NCBI GenBank assembly: GCA_963522395.1
Contig: CAUQZY010000001.1
Location: forward strand, 6,973 to 70,972
DNA from: an uncultured Streptococcus sp.
GTDB lineage: Bacteria; Bacillota; Bacilli; Lactobacillales; Streptococcaceae
Reading direction: 5' to 3'
Length of the DNA: 64,000 nucleotides
Shown here: positions 52,663 to 61,592 of the stretch, one piece after another
Layout: every line of letters begins with the position of its first letter
Position numbering within the stretch: the stretch's first letter is position 1
Position numbers and translations under genes: made by a program
The notes under the pieces: model-generated
Seen by the model: only the letters and a program-made list of their open reading frames with translations
What the model was told of the DNA's origin: nothing
Databases searched by the model: none

Positions 52663-53651
52663 CGAAAGTAAGTATTATTATTCCTGTATATAATGTAGAA
52701 CAATATTTGGATAGATGCCTGACCTCTGTCTTCAATCAGACATATAAAGAATTAGAAGTGATTTTGATTAATGATGGATCTACGGATAATTCAGGGATTA
52801 TTTGTGAAGAGTTTGTTCAAACAGATAAAAGAGCCAAGGTATATCATCAGGAGAACAGAGGGTTATCTGAAGCACGTAATACTGGGTTAAAATACATGAC
52901 AGGAGATTTTGTCATGTTTCTTGACTCAGATGATTGGTTGGAACTTGATGCAGTCGAATTTTTATTGGAACAAACTAAAAATTGCAATGCAGATATGGCT
53001 GTAGGAGGTGTTTATAGGACCTCAAAGATTGTGGACCATCAACAAAATACCTCTGTTTCGCAAGTATTGACGCAGGAAGAGTATGCCAAACGTTATTTTA
53101 AGATTGAAACTCAGACAATTGAGTATTATGTTTGGAATAAATTGTATAAAAGAGAAGTTGTAGAAGGTATAGAATTTCCGTCTGGTTTCTTTGCAGAAGA
53201 TGTCCCAACAATGTTTCGTTACATTCTAAACTCAGAAAAGATAGTAGTTACTGATAAGATTGTTTATAATTATTTTATTAATACCTCTGGTTTGACAGCT
53301 AAATTTACATCTAAACATTTTGATGTGTTAAAAGGCTGGGATTTAGTATGTCAGTATGCGACTGAAAGTAATAATGATAAATACAAAGAGTGGGCTCAAA
53401 TTAATCGCTACAGAGCAGATTTGGCACTTTTGACAGAAATAGCCCTTTCCGTAGATTATAAAAACATTCGCATGTTAAATGAAACTCAGATAAAATCAAT
53501 GCAATCTAGATTGAAGAAAAACAAGAGAGTCTTGCTACAACAAGCCATTCCTCTTAGTCGAAAGATACTGATTATACTCTTCACAACTTCCTATAACACA
53601 TTTGCGAAATTGATAAATACTATGATAAGGATAAAAAATTATGGTGCATAA
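52659..53651 (+). CDS. GT2 glycosyltransferase
   Basis: IIPVYN, NDGSTD, SEARN and FLDSDD motifs. Confidence 0.92.
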   Translation: MTKVSIIIPVYNVEQYLDRCLTSVFNQTYKELEVILINDGSTDNSGIICEEFVQTDKRAKVYHQENRGLSEARNTGLKYMTGDFVMFLDSDDWLELDAVEFLLEQTKNCNADMAVGGVYRTSKIVDHQQNTSVSQVLTQEEYAKRYFKIETQTIEYYVWNKLYKREVVEGIEFPSGFFAEDVPTMFRYILNSEKIVVTDKIVYNYFINTSGLTAKFTSKHFDVLKGWDLVCQYATESNNDKYKEWAQINRYRADLALLTEIALSVDYKNIRMLNETQIKSMQSRLKKNKRVLLQQAIPLSRKILIILFTTSYNTFAKLINTMIRIKNYGA

Positions 53652-54579
53652 GCATGCATATTTAATTTTAGCTCACAGCCAATTTAATCAACTAGCATTT
53701 TTGATTTCTTTATTGGATCATCAAGATAATGATATTTTTATCCATATTGATAAGAAATCAAATATTGATGATTATTTTTTGAATTTAATTAAATCCAGTG
53801 CAAAGCAATCTCAAGTTTATTTTACAGAAAGAGTTTCAGTAAGTTGGGGAGGATATTCCCAAATTGAAGCTGAAATGATTTTATTTAAAGCTGCGTCTAA
53901 TAGAGAATCTTACTATTTTTATCATTTAATAAGTGGGGTAGATTTACCGTTACTTTCTCAGCAGAGAATTCATAATTTTTTTGACGATTATAAAGACTAT
54001 TCATTTCTTACTTTTATGAATATAGAGGATGATGGTGAAGATATAAATAGATTTAAATATTATCATCTTTTTGAAAGTTTTACATATCGGACTTTACCGG
54101 GTGCAGTTGGCAAACTTGCATTCAAGATTTATCGTAATTTAGAAGTAGGGATTCAAAAACTATTTAGAATAAATCGTTATACAATATTTGACGTCAATCC
54201 GGCAAAAGCTAGTCAGTGGGTTTCACTACCAAATAATATTGTGGAAATATTAATCGATAAAGAATCAGATACTGAGAAAATGTTTAGAAAATCTTTTCTT
54301 AGTGACGAAATTTTTATACCAATGATTTTAAATAAAGAGTTAAGGAACTATAAGGTGTATGATGCATCAATGAATCACGGTCATAAAAAAGAATTTCAAG
54401 GAAACTTACGCTATATTAATTGGTGGGATGGTAAACCTTACACTTGGACTGACAGTGAGAAAGATATAGAAGAATTAAGACTAGCTGCAAAAAATGGATA
54501 TTTGTTCTCAAGAAAGTTTGATATAGATAAATATCCTAAAATTAAAGAGCTAATCGTAGAACTAACTAAGGAAATATAA
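53641..54579 (+). CDS. GT14/branching-enzyme-family glycosyltransferase (WcrG-like)
   Basis: HAYLILAH, IHIDKK, WGGYS, LISGVDLP and FSRKF motifs. Confidence 0.82.
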   Translation: MVHKHAYLILAHSQFNQLAFLISLLDHQDNDIFIHIDKKSNIDDYFLNLIKSSAKQSQVYFTERVSVSWGGYSQIEAEMILFKAASNRESYYFYHLISGVDLPLLSQQRIHNFFDDYKDYSFLTFMNIEDDGEDINRFKYYHLFESFTYRTLPGAVGKLAFKIYRNLEVGIQKLFRINRYTIFDVNPAKASQWVSLPNNIVEILIDKESDTEKMFRKSFLSDEIFIPMILNKELRNYKVYDASMNHGHKKEFQGNLRYINWWDGKPYTWTDSEKDIEELRLAAKNGYLFSRKFDIDKYPKIKELIVELTKEI

Positions 54580-55724
54580 TGGTCTATAAAATTTTAATGA
54601 CAGGAATGTCACCTGTTCTTGCCGGTACAGAAACATTTATCATGAATTATTATCGTCATCTTGATTCATCTATTTTTCAAGTTGATTTTATTAAAAGAAC
54701 TAAAGAACCCATTGTATTTGAAGACGAGATTATTTCAAAAGGTTCAAAAGTTTATTATTTACCTCGTAAAGGAAAAAATCCTCTTAAATATATGAGGGAA
54801 TTAAGAGATTTTTTTGCTACAGAAGGTAAAAAATATGATGCTATTTGGTATAATGCCATGGCAATCCCTAATCTTGATTTGTTAGAATATGCCAAAAAAT
54901 ATGGTATAAAAACACGAATTATTCATAGTCATAGCTCAATGTTCAAGGGAAATACAATAAGACAGATTTTACATAATGTGAACAGATCTAAGTTGCCAAA
55001 AACAGCAACACATTTTTTTGCCTGCTCTGGGATTGCTGCAGATTATATGTTTCCTGATGAGATAAGATCAAGTGCAAAAATTATACAAAATGCTATTGAT
55101 GTAGAAAACTTTTCTTTTTCAGAAAAAGATAGACTGGATCTAAGAACAGAGTTAGGGTGGAATGATTGTAAAGTTATTGGTAATGTCGGTCGACTAGATA
55201 TCCAAAAAAATCAACCCTTTTTAATAGATGTTTTTAATGAAGCTTGCAAGAAAAATCCTAATATTAGATTAGTGATAATCGGTAAGGTTGCGGGTGCAAA
55301 TTCAACTGTAGATTTAATAAAAGAAAAAATAAAGTCTTATGGAATTGAAGATAAAGTCCTGCTGGCAGGAAGTCAGAATGATATGAAGAAATGGTTAAGT
55401 TCTTTAGATTTATTCGTTTTGCCTTCAATATTTGAGGGATTGCCTCTATCTGCTGTCGAGGCTCAAGCAAATGGACTACCTGTTTTGGTGAGTGATGCAG
55501 TTACGAAAGAATTGAAAATATTAGATTCCATTCGTTACCTGTCTCTAGACGACTCTATTGATGTTTGGGCAAAAAATATACTTGAGTTATTAGAAACATC
55601 TAGGTCAAGTGAGCTTGAAATAAAAGAAATGTTTAAGCTAAAAGGATTTGAAATTGAAACTCAAGCATTGACTTTACAGAATATACTGTTGGGAGAACTG
55701 AATGAAAAAATATCAGATTGTTGA
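54579..55724 (+). CDS. GT4 retaining glycosyltransferase
   Basis: IHSHS, VGRL..QKN and EGLPLSAVEAQ motifs. Confidence 0.9.
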   Translation: MVYKILMTGMSPVLAGTETFIMNYYRHLDSSIFQVDFIKRTKEPIVFEDEIISKGSKVYYLPRKGKNPLKYMRELRDFFATEGKKYDAIWYNAMAIPNLDLLEYAKKYGIKTRIIHSHSSMFKGNTIRQILHNVNRSKLPKTATHFFACSGIAADYMFPDEIRSSAKIIQNAIDVENFSFSEKDRLDLRTELGWNDCKVIGNVGRLDIQKNQPFLIDVFNEACKKNPNIRLVIIGKVAGANSTVDLIKEKIKSYGIEDKVLLAGSQNDMKKWLSSLDLFVLPSIFEGLPLSAVEAQANGLPVLVSDAVTKELKILDSIRYLSLDDSIDVWAKNILELLETSRSSELEIKEMFKLKGFEIETQALTLQNILLGELNEKISDC

Positions 55725-56742
55725 ATCGTATGGGACACACATGCATGCGGGGAGTAAAGCGACCAACGATTGTGTCAATATTTTGGAAGAATTAGACTTC
55801 GAAAAAATAGAAATTGTACGCCACAAGCCTGAGGATAAATCCCCTGTATCGAAAATTATAAGACAACTTTCTTTTTATAAACAGTGGAATAAGGTTTTAC
55901 ATAAATTGTCTAAAGGGGATGTTTTGTTGTTACAACATCCCTATCGCAGAAATCATTTTGGTAGAACATCAAGTCTTCTGAAATTGAAGAAAAAACAAGT
56001 AAAAATAATTTCATTGGTTCATGATGTGGAATTAATCAGAGGGATTTATGATGATCCATTCTACCAGAAAGAATTTGATGAAATGCTATCTTTTGCTGAT
56101 TCAATTATTGTTCATAATGAAAAAATGAAAGATTGGTTTGTGGAATATGGCGTAGATGAAAAGAAACTTGTTGTTTTAGAAATATTTGATTATTTAAATG
56201 ATAAGGACGTGTCTTCATCTATTGAATATTCAAAATCAGTGACAATAGCAGGGAATCTCTCTCCTGATAAAAGTCCTTATTTGTATCAGTTAGATAAAGT
56301 TCCTGACATTCAATTTCAATTGATGGGAATTGGTTTTCAACCAGTAAAAGAGATTTCTAATGTTTCCTATTTAGGTGCCTTTGCTCCAGAAGATGTTCCT
56401 AACCATTTAAATAGTGGATTCGGATTAGTATGGGATGGAGAAAGTCTAGATACTTGCGACGGGGTAACAGGAAATTATTTAAGATATAATAATCCCCATA
56501 AGTTATCCCTGTATCTTTCTTCAGGTCTACCTGTTATTGTTTGGAAAGATTCAGCTGAGGCGAACTTTGTTGAGAAGAATGGAGTAGGCTTGGCAGTTAA
56601 TAGTCTGTTTGAATTATCTGAAATACTGGGTAAAATTAGTCAGGATGAATATTTGCAAATGGCAACAAATGCTAAAAATATTATGAAGAATCTTAAAGAA
56701 GGTTATTATCTAAAGACCGCAGTGGATAAGATAATTAAATAG
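55702..56742 (+). CDS. Galactofuranosyltransferase-like glycosyltransferase (WcrH/WefE-like)
   Basis: AGSKA..D, FGLVWDG and YNNPHKLSLYL motifs. Confidence 0.78.
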   Translation: MKKYQIVESYGTHMHAGSKATNDCVNILEELDFEKIEIVRHKPEDKSPVSKIIRQLSFYKQWNKVLHKLSKGDVLLLQHPYRRNHFGRTSSLLKLKKKQVKIISLVHDVELIRGIYDDPFYQKEFDEMLSFADSIIVHNEKMKDWFVEYGVDEKKLVVLEIFDYLNDKDVSSSIEYSKSVTIAGNLSPDKSPYLYQLDKVPDIQFQLMGIGFQPVKEISNVSYLGAFAPEDVPNHLNSGFGLVWDGESLDTCDGVTGNYLRYNNPHKLSLYLSSGLPVIVWKDSAEANFVEKNGVGLAVNSLFELSEILGKISQDEYLQMATNAKNIMKNLKEGYYLKTAVDKIIK

Positions 56743-56759
56743 ACTCTTTGGAGAAGTAT

Positions 56760-57749
56760 ATGAATAATAAAATAGATCTTGTAATTACTTGGGTTGATGG
56801 TACAGATCCTGATTGGTTACAAGAAAAGAGGTTATATGAATCTGATGTTGAATGGTCAGAATCAAACAACGCCAATCGATACAGACCATCAGAAAATTTC
56901 AAGTATTGGTTCCGTTCGGTTGAACGTTATGCAGATTGGATTAACCGTATTTTCTTTATAACGTATGGTCATGTGCCAGAATGGTTAAATACAAAGAATC
57001 CAAAATTAAAAATTGTAAAACATACTGATTATATACCTCAGGAATACCTTCCAACTTATAACTCTAATGTAATTGAGTTGAATTTACATAGAATTGAAGA
57101 GTTAAGTGAGCATTTTATTCTTTTAAATGATGATATGTATTTTGCTGCACCTACTACAGCAGATGATTTCTTTAAAGAAAATCTTCCAAAGGATTTTGGG
57201 ATTTACTTACCAATAACTCCTAGAGAAAGTTTCAATCATATCGAATTAAACAATACCATTCTGATGAATAAACATTTTAGCAAAAAAAGAAAACCTTTCT
57301 CGGAATGGCGTAAATTTTATAGTTTGAAATTAGGGAAGTACCTAGTTGGGAATATTTTCAGTATTTTTTATTCAGGTATTTTAGGATATAAAAATTACCA
57401 TATTGGCTTGTCGCATTTAAAATCGACTTTTGATTTAATCTGGGAAAAAGAACCGAAATTATTGGAAGAAGTTAGCTCTCATAGATTTAGACAGTTATCA
57501 GATATTAGTCACTATGTTATGTCTCATTGGAATGTAGAGTCTGGTAAGTTTATGCCCCAATCTATTCATTTTGGGAAGTATTTTGATATTTGGGAAGTTG
57601 AAGAAATTCAAGGTGCTATTCATAATGAGAAATATAAGATTATTTGTATCAACGATACGGATGAAGATGGAAAATTCTCTGAATATGATCAAAAAATACA
57701 TCAAGCATTTCAGTCTAAATTCCCAGAAAAATCAAGTTTTGAATTGTAA
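56760..57749 (+). CDS. Stealth-family hexose-1-phosphate transferase (WefC-like)
   Basis: IDLVITWVDG (CR1), LPTYNSNVIE, NDD and ICIND (CR4) motifs. Confidence 0.88.
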   Translation: MNNKIDLVITWVDGTDPDWLQEKRLYESDVEWSESNNANRYRPSENFKYWFRSVERYADWINRIFFITYGHVPEWLNTKNPKLKIVKHTDYIPQEYLPTYNSNVIELNLHRIEELSEHFILLNDDMYFAAPTTADDFFKENLPKDFGIYLPITPRESFNHIELNNTILMNKHFSKKRKPFSEWRKFYSLKLGKYLVGNIFSIFYSGILGYKNYHIGLSHLKSTFDLIWEKEPKLLEEVSSHRFRQLSDISHYVMSHWNVESGKFMPQSIHFGKYFDIWEVEEIQGAIHNEKYKIICINDTDEDGKFSEYDQKIHQAFQSKFPEKSSFEL

Positions 57750-57792
57750 ATTTACAGACGGGTACTAAAAATATGTTTAGAAGTAAAAAATA

Positions 57793-59208
57793 ATGAAAGT
57801 TCTAAAAAATTACGCCTATAATCTCTCTTATCAATTATTAATCATCATTTTACCGATTATTACGACACCTTATGTCACTAGGGTCTTCAGTTCCGATGAT
57901 TTGGGAACCTATAGTTATTTTAACTCAATTGTTACCTATTTTCTTATGCTAGCTACTCTGGGAGTAAACAATTATGGTACTAAGGCGATTTCAGGTAGTA
58001 GGAAAGATACTAGAAAGAATTTTTGGGGGATTTATACACTGCAACTAGGAGCGACTTTGTTCTCTTCTGCACTTTATATCCTTCTCTGTCTTACTTTACC
58101 GGCTATGCAAAATCCTGTAGCTTATATTTTAGGTCTAAGTTTAATTTCAAAAGGTCTAGATATTTCTTGGTTATTTCAAGGTTTAGAAGATTTTCGAAAA
58201 ATTACAATCAGAAATATCACAGTTAGGTTAGTTGGTGTTATTTCTATATTTTCTTTCATAAAAACACCTGAAAATCTCTATTTATATATATCACTGATTA
58301 CGGTTTTTGAGTTGTTAGGCCAATTAAGTATGTGGTTACCAGCAAGAGAGTTTATTGGGAAACCGCACTTTGATTGGAAATATGCTAGACAGCATTTGAA
58401 GCCAGTAATCTTATTATTCTTACCCCAGATTGCGATATCGCTTTACATTACCTTAGATAGTACAATGCTTGGAGTGCTAGCATCCAAAAGGGATGTTGGT
58501 ATTTACGACCAATCACTGAAATTAGTAAAGATTCTACTAACATTGGTAACTTCATTAGGAAGTGTCATGTTGCCACGAGTTTCAAATCTTTTATCTACAG
58601 GAGATCATAAAGCAGTTAACAAAATGCATGAGATGTCATTTCTGATTTATAATTTGGTAATTTTCCCCATTATGGCAGGAATGCTAATTGTAAATGATGA
58701 CTTTGTTACCTTTTTCCTCGGGCAAGATTTTCAAGAGGCACGTTATGCGATAGCAATTATGATTTTTAGAATGTTCTTTATTGGTTGGACCAATATTATG
58801 GGGATTCAAATTTTGATACCTCATAATAAAAATAAAGAATTTATGTTGTCAACAACAATTCCTGCTATTGTTAGTGTAGGCTTAAATCTTCTCTTGCTTC
58901 CAAAGTTGGGCTATATAGGTGCGGCAATTGTATCTGTTTTAACAGAGGTACTAGTATGGCTGATACAGTTATTCTATACTCGTTCTTATTTGAGAGAGGT
59001 GCCCATTCTAGGTTCATTGATTAAAATTATAATCTCATCTGGAGTTATGTATGGTATCCTACTATTTATAAAACAATTCCTAAATGTATCACCGATGATT
59101 AATGTGGGACTATATGCTGTTCTGGGAGCAATAATTTATGCTAGTATGATTTTGATTTTTAAAGTAATAAATCTAGGTGAGTTAAAGCAACAATTATTAA
59201 AAAAATAA
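57793..59208 (+). CDS. wzx: Flippase
   Basis: MKVLKNYAYNLSYQLL start; many TM segments. Confidence 0.93.
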   Translation: MKVLKNYAYNLSYQLLIIILPIITTPYVTRVFSSDDLGTYSYFNSIVTYFLMLATLGVNNYGTKAISGSRKDTRKNFWGIYTLQLGATLFSSALYILLCLTLPAMQNPVAYILGLSLISKGLDISWLFQGLEDFRKITIRNITVRLVGVISIFSFIKTPENLYLYISLITVFELLGQLSMWLPAREFIGKPHFDWKYARQHLKPVILLFLPQIAISLYITLDSTMLGVLASKRDVGIYDQSLKLVKILLTLVTSLGSVMLPRVSNLLSTGDHKAVNKMHEMSFLIYNLVIFPIMAGMLIVNDDFVTFFLGQDFQEARYAIAIMIFRMFFIGWTNIMGIQILIPHNKNKEFMLSTTIPAIVSVGLNLLLLPKLGYIGAAIVSVLTEVLVWLIQLFYTRSYLREVPILGSLIKIIISSGVMYGILLFIKQFLNVSPMINVGLYAVLGAIIYASMILIFKVINLGELKQQLLKK

Positions 59209-59219
59209 AGGAGTGTATT

Positions 59220-60320
59220 ATGTACGATTATCTAATCGTTGGTGCTGGTTTGTCTGGAGCAATTTTTGCTTATGAAGCAACCAAGCGTGGAAAAAAAGTA
59301 AAAGTTATTGATAAACGTGACCACATTGGTGGAAATATCTACTGTGAGAATGTAGAAGGGGTTAATGTTCATAAATATGGTGCACATATCTTCCATACTT
59401 CTAACAAGAAAGTCTGGGATTATGTTAATCAATTTGCTGAATTCAACAACTACATCAACTCGCCTGTAGCTAATTACAAGGGTAGCCTTTATAATCTACC
59501 TTTCAATATGAATACTTTCTATGCTATGTGGGGGACAAAAACTCCTCAAGAGGTCAAAGATAAGATTGCGGATCAAACGGCTCACATGAAGGACGTTGAA
59601 CCTAAAAACTTGGAAGAACAGGCTATCAAGTTGATCGGTCCAGATATTTATGAAAAGTTGATCAAAGGATATACTGAAAAGCAATGGGGACGTTCCGCGA
59701 CTGACCTTCCCCCCTTTATCATCAAACGTCTACCAGTTCGTTTGACTTTTGATAATAACTACTTCAATGACCGTTACCAAGGAATTCCTATTGGGGGGTA
59801 TAACGTTATCATTGAAAATATGCTGAAAGATGTTGAAGTAGAACTTGGAGTTGACTTTTTTGCCAATCGTCAGGAATTAGAAGCTTCTGCTGAAAAAGTT
59901 GTCTTTACAGGGATGATTGACCAATATTTCGATTATAAACATGGTGAGTTAGAATACCGTAGTCTTCGTTTTGAGCATGAAGTTCTTGATGAAGAGAACT
60001 ATCAAGGAAATGCAGTTGTTAACTATACAGAACGTGAAATTCCTTATACTCGCATTATTGAGCATAAACATTTTGAGTATGGTACACAAGATAAAACGGT
60101 TATTACTCGTGAATACCCAGCCGATTGGAAACGTGGAGATGAGCCTTATTATCCAATCAATGATGAGAGAAACAATGCTATGTTTGCTAAGTATCAAGAA
60201 GAAGCAGCACAGAATGATAAGGTCATTTTCTGCGGGCGTCTGGCCGATTATAAATACTACGACATGCATGTAGTCATTGAACGTGCCTTGAATGTTGTAG
60301 AGGAAGAGTTGGGAAACTAA
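59220..60320 (+). CDS. glf: UDP-galactopyranose mutase
   Basis: GAGLSG, HKYGAHIFH and GRLADYKYYDM motifs. Confidence 0.97.
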   Translation: MYDYLIVGAGLSGAIFAYEATKRGKKVKVIDKRDHIGGNIYCENVEGVNVHKYGAHIFHTSNKKVWDYVNQFAEFNNYINSPVANYKGSLYNLPFNMNTFYAMWGTKTPQEVKDKIADQTAHMKDVEPKNLEEQAIKLIGPDIYEKLIKGYTEKQWGRSATDLPPFIIKRLPVRLTFDNNYFNDRYQGIPIGGYNVIIENMLKDVEVELGVDFFANRQELEASAEKVVFTGMIDQYFDYKHGELEYRSLRFEHEVLDEENYQGNAVVNYTEREIPYTRIIEHKHFEYGTQDKTVITREYPADWKRGDEPYYPINDERNNAMFAKYQEEAAQNDKVIFCGRLADYKYYDMHVVIERALNVVEEELGN

Positions 60321-60392
60321 AGATTTGATGTTAAAATGGGGGAATACTTCTTTTCCTCATTTTATTCATCTTAACAGGAGATATCAAAAGAA

Positions 60393-61439
60393 ATGAATAG
60401 TTTTAGTAAACAAAAGCCTGCCCGAATCGAGTGGATTGATTTTGGGAAGGGCTTAACAGTTTTAATGGTTGTTTTTGGTCATGTTGTTTTAGGACTATTT
60501 GAATCCAAAAGATTTGAAGATAGTAATCAATGGTTATTATTTGTGACTCAGATTTTTTATCTGTTTCATATACCAGTATTCTATGCTTTGTCAGGTTTTT
60601 TCTTTAAACCAGTAGACAATTTAAAGACTTTTGTAACCTTTGTAAAACAGAAAACAATTATTTTAGGAATTCCTTATTTGTTTTATTCTATCATACAGTT
60701 TGGACTTCAAAAATTAGGCGGAGCGACAGTAAGGAATGCAGCTTCTTTTTGGGATTTGTTAAATATTTATCAAACACCTCTTGGAGTATCGTGGTATCTC
60801 TATGTTTTGTGGTGGATTTACTTGGTTGTTGCCTTCCTTTCTATTTGGATAAAATCCTATCATCAGTTATTTATCATCAGTGTAGTTGCCTACCTTCTTT
60901 CTATATTTGCACCAACTAATATCTATATCGTTCAGAAAATTTTTCTATGGACTTTCTTCTTTTTGTTAGGATCATGGCTCAGACACTCAGGTGTTGGAAC
61001 TTTTTTAACAAATAGATGGAAGTCGATTAGTTGTGTGACCCTTGTCATCATTACAGTATTTTTAATATATTGGCAATTATCTGGACCTACTTTTTATATT
61101 TCATATGATAGACCGGGGCTAAATGGATTCATCTTCCCAGTTTCTGTAATTTTAGCGATGGCTTCCTATCCTATTTTAAGTGATAAATTGAGTCGTTTTG
61201 CTGATTATTTCAGAAAGATAGGAAAAGATAGTTTGGTAATCTATCTTCTGCATGCGCCAATAGTTTCTGTAACTAGAATTGCTTTATTGAAACTAGGTGT
61301 TAGCAATATCTTTATCCATATAGTGATGGGGCTCCTTCTAGGATGGTTTGGTTCAATCGTAATACTTTATCTCTCTAAGAAAATACCTTATGCAGATTTC
61401 GTATTTTATCCAATGAAGTATCTAAGAAAAGTCAAATAG
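60393..61439 (+). CDS. Membrane O-acetyltransferase (acyltransferase-3, WcjE-like)
   Basis: WIDFGKG..V.GH, FHIPVF..SG, WYL and IYLLH motifs; located after glf. Confidence 0.82.
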   Translation: MNSFSKQKPARIEWIDFGKGLTVLMVVFGHVVLGLFESKRFEDSNQWLLFVTQIFYLFHIPVFYALSGFFFKPVDNLKTFVTFVKQKTIILGIPYLFYSIIQFGLQKLGGATVRNAASFWDLLNIYQTPLGVSWYLYVLWWIYLVVAFLSIWIKSYHQLFIISVVAYLLSIFAPTNIYIVQKIFLWTFFFLLGSWLRHSGVGTFLTNRWKSISCVTLVIITVFLIYWQLSGPTFYISYDRPGLNGFIFPVSVILAMASYPILSDKLSRFADYFRKIGKDSLVIYLLHAPIVSVTRIALLKLGVSNIFIHIVMGLLLGWFGSIVILYLSKKIPYADFVFYPMKYLRKVK

Positions 61440-61445
61440 TGAATG

Positions 61446-61474
61446 AAATCGAGGATAGATATCTTCGATTTTTT
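61446..61474 (+). terminator. Terminator at the end of the cps operon
   Basis: aaatcgaggata/tatcttcgattt hairpin followed by a T run. Confidence 0.75.
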
Positions 61475-61521
61475 TGAGATATTAGATACACATATAAAAC
61501 ATATAAAAACGAACTAAAAAC

Positions 61522-61550
61522 TTGAAAAAAAGCTAAAAAAATGATATAAT
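61522..61550 (+). promoter_or_regulatory. Promoter of the downstream surface-protein gene
   Basis: TTGAAA-17-TATAAT with a TG extension. Confidence 0.72.
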
Positions 61551-61592
61551 CAGCTTCAAATACGTATAAAATATTTAGGAGCTTTAAACCAG

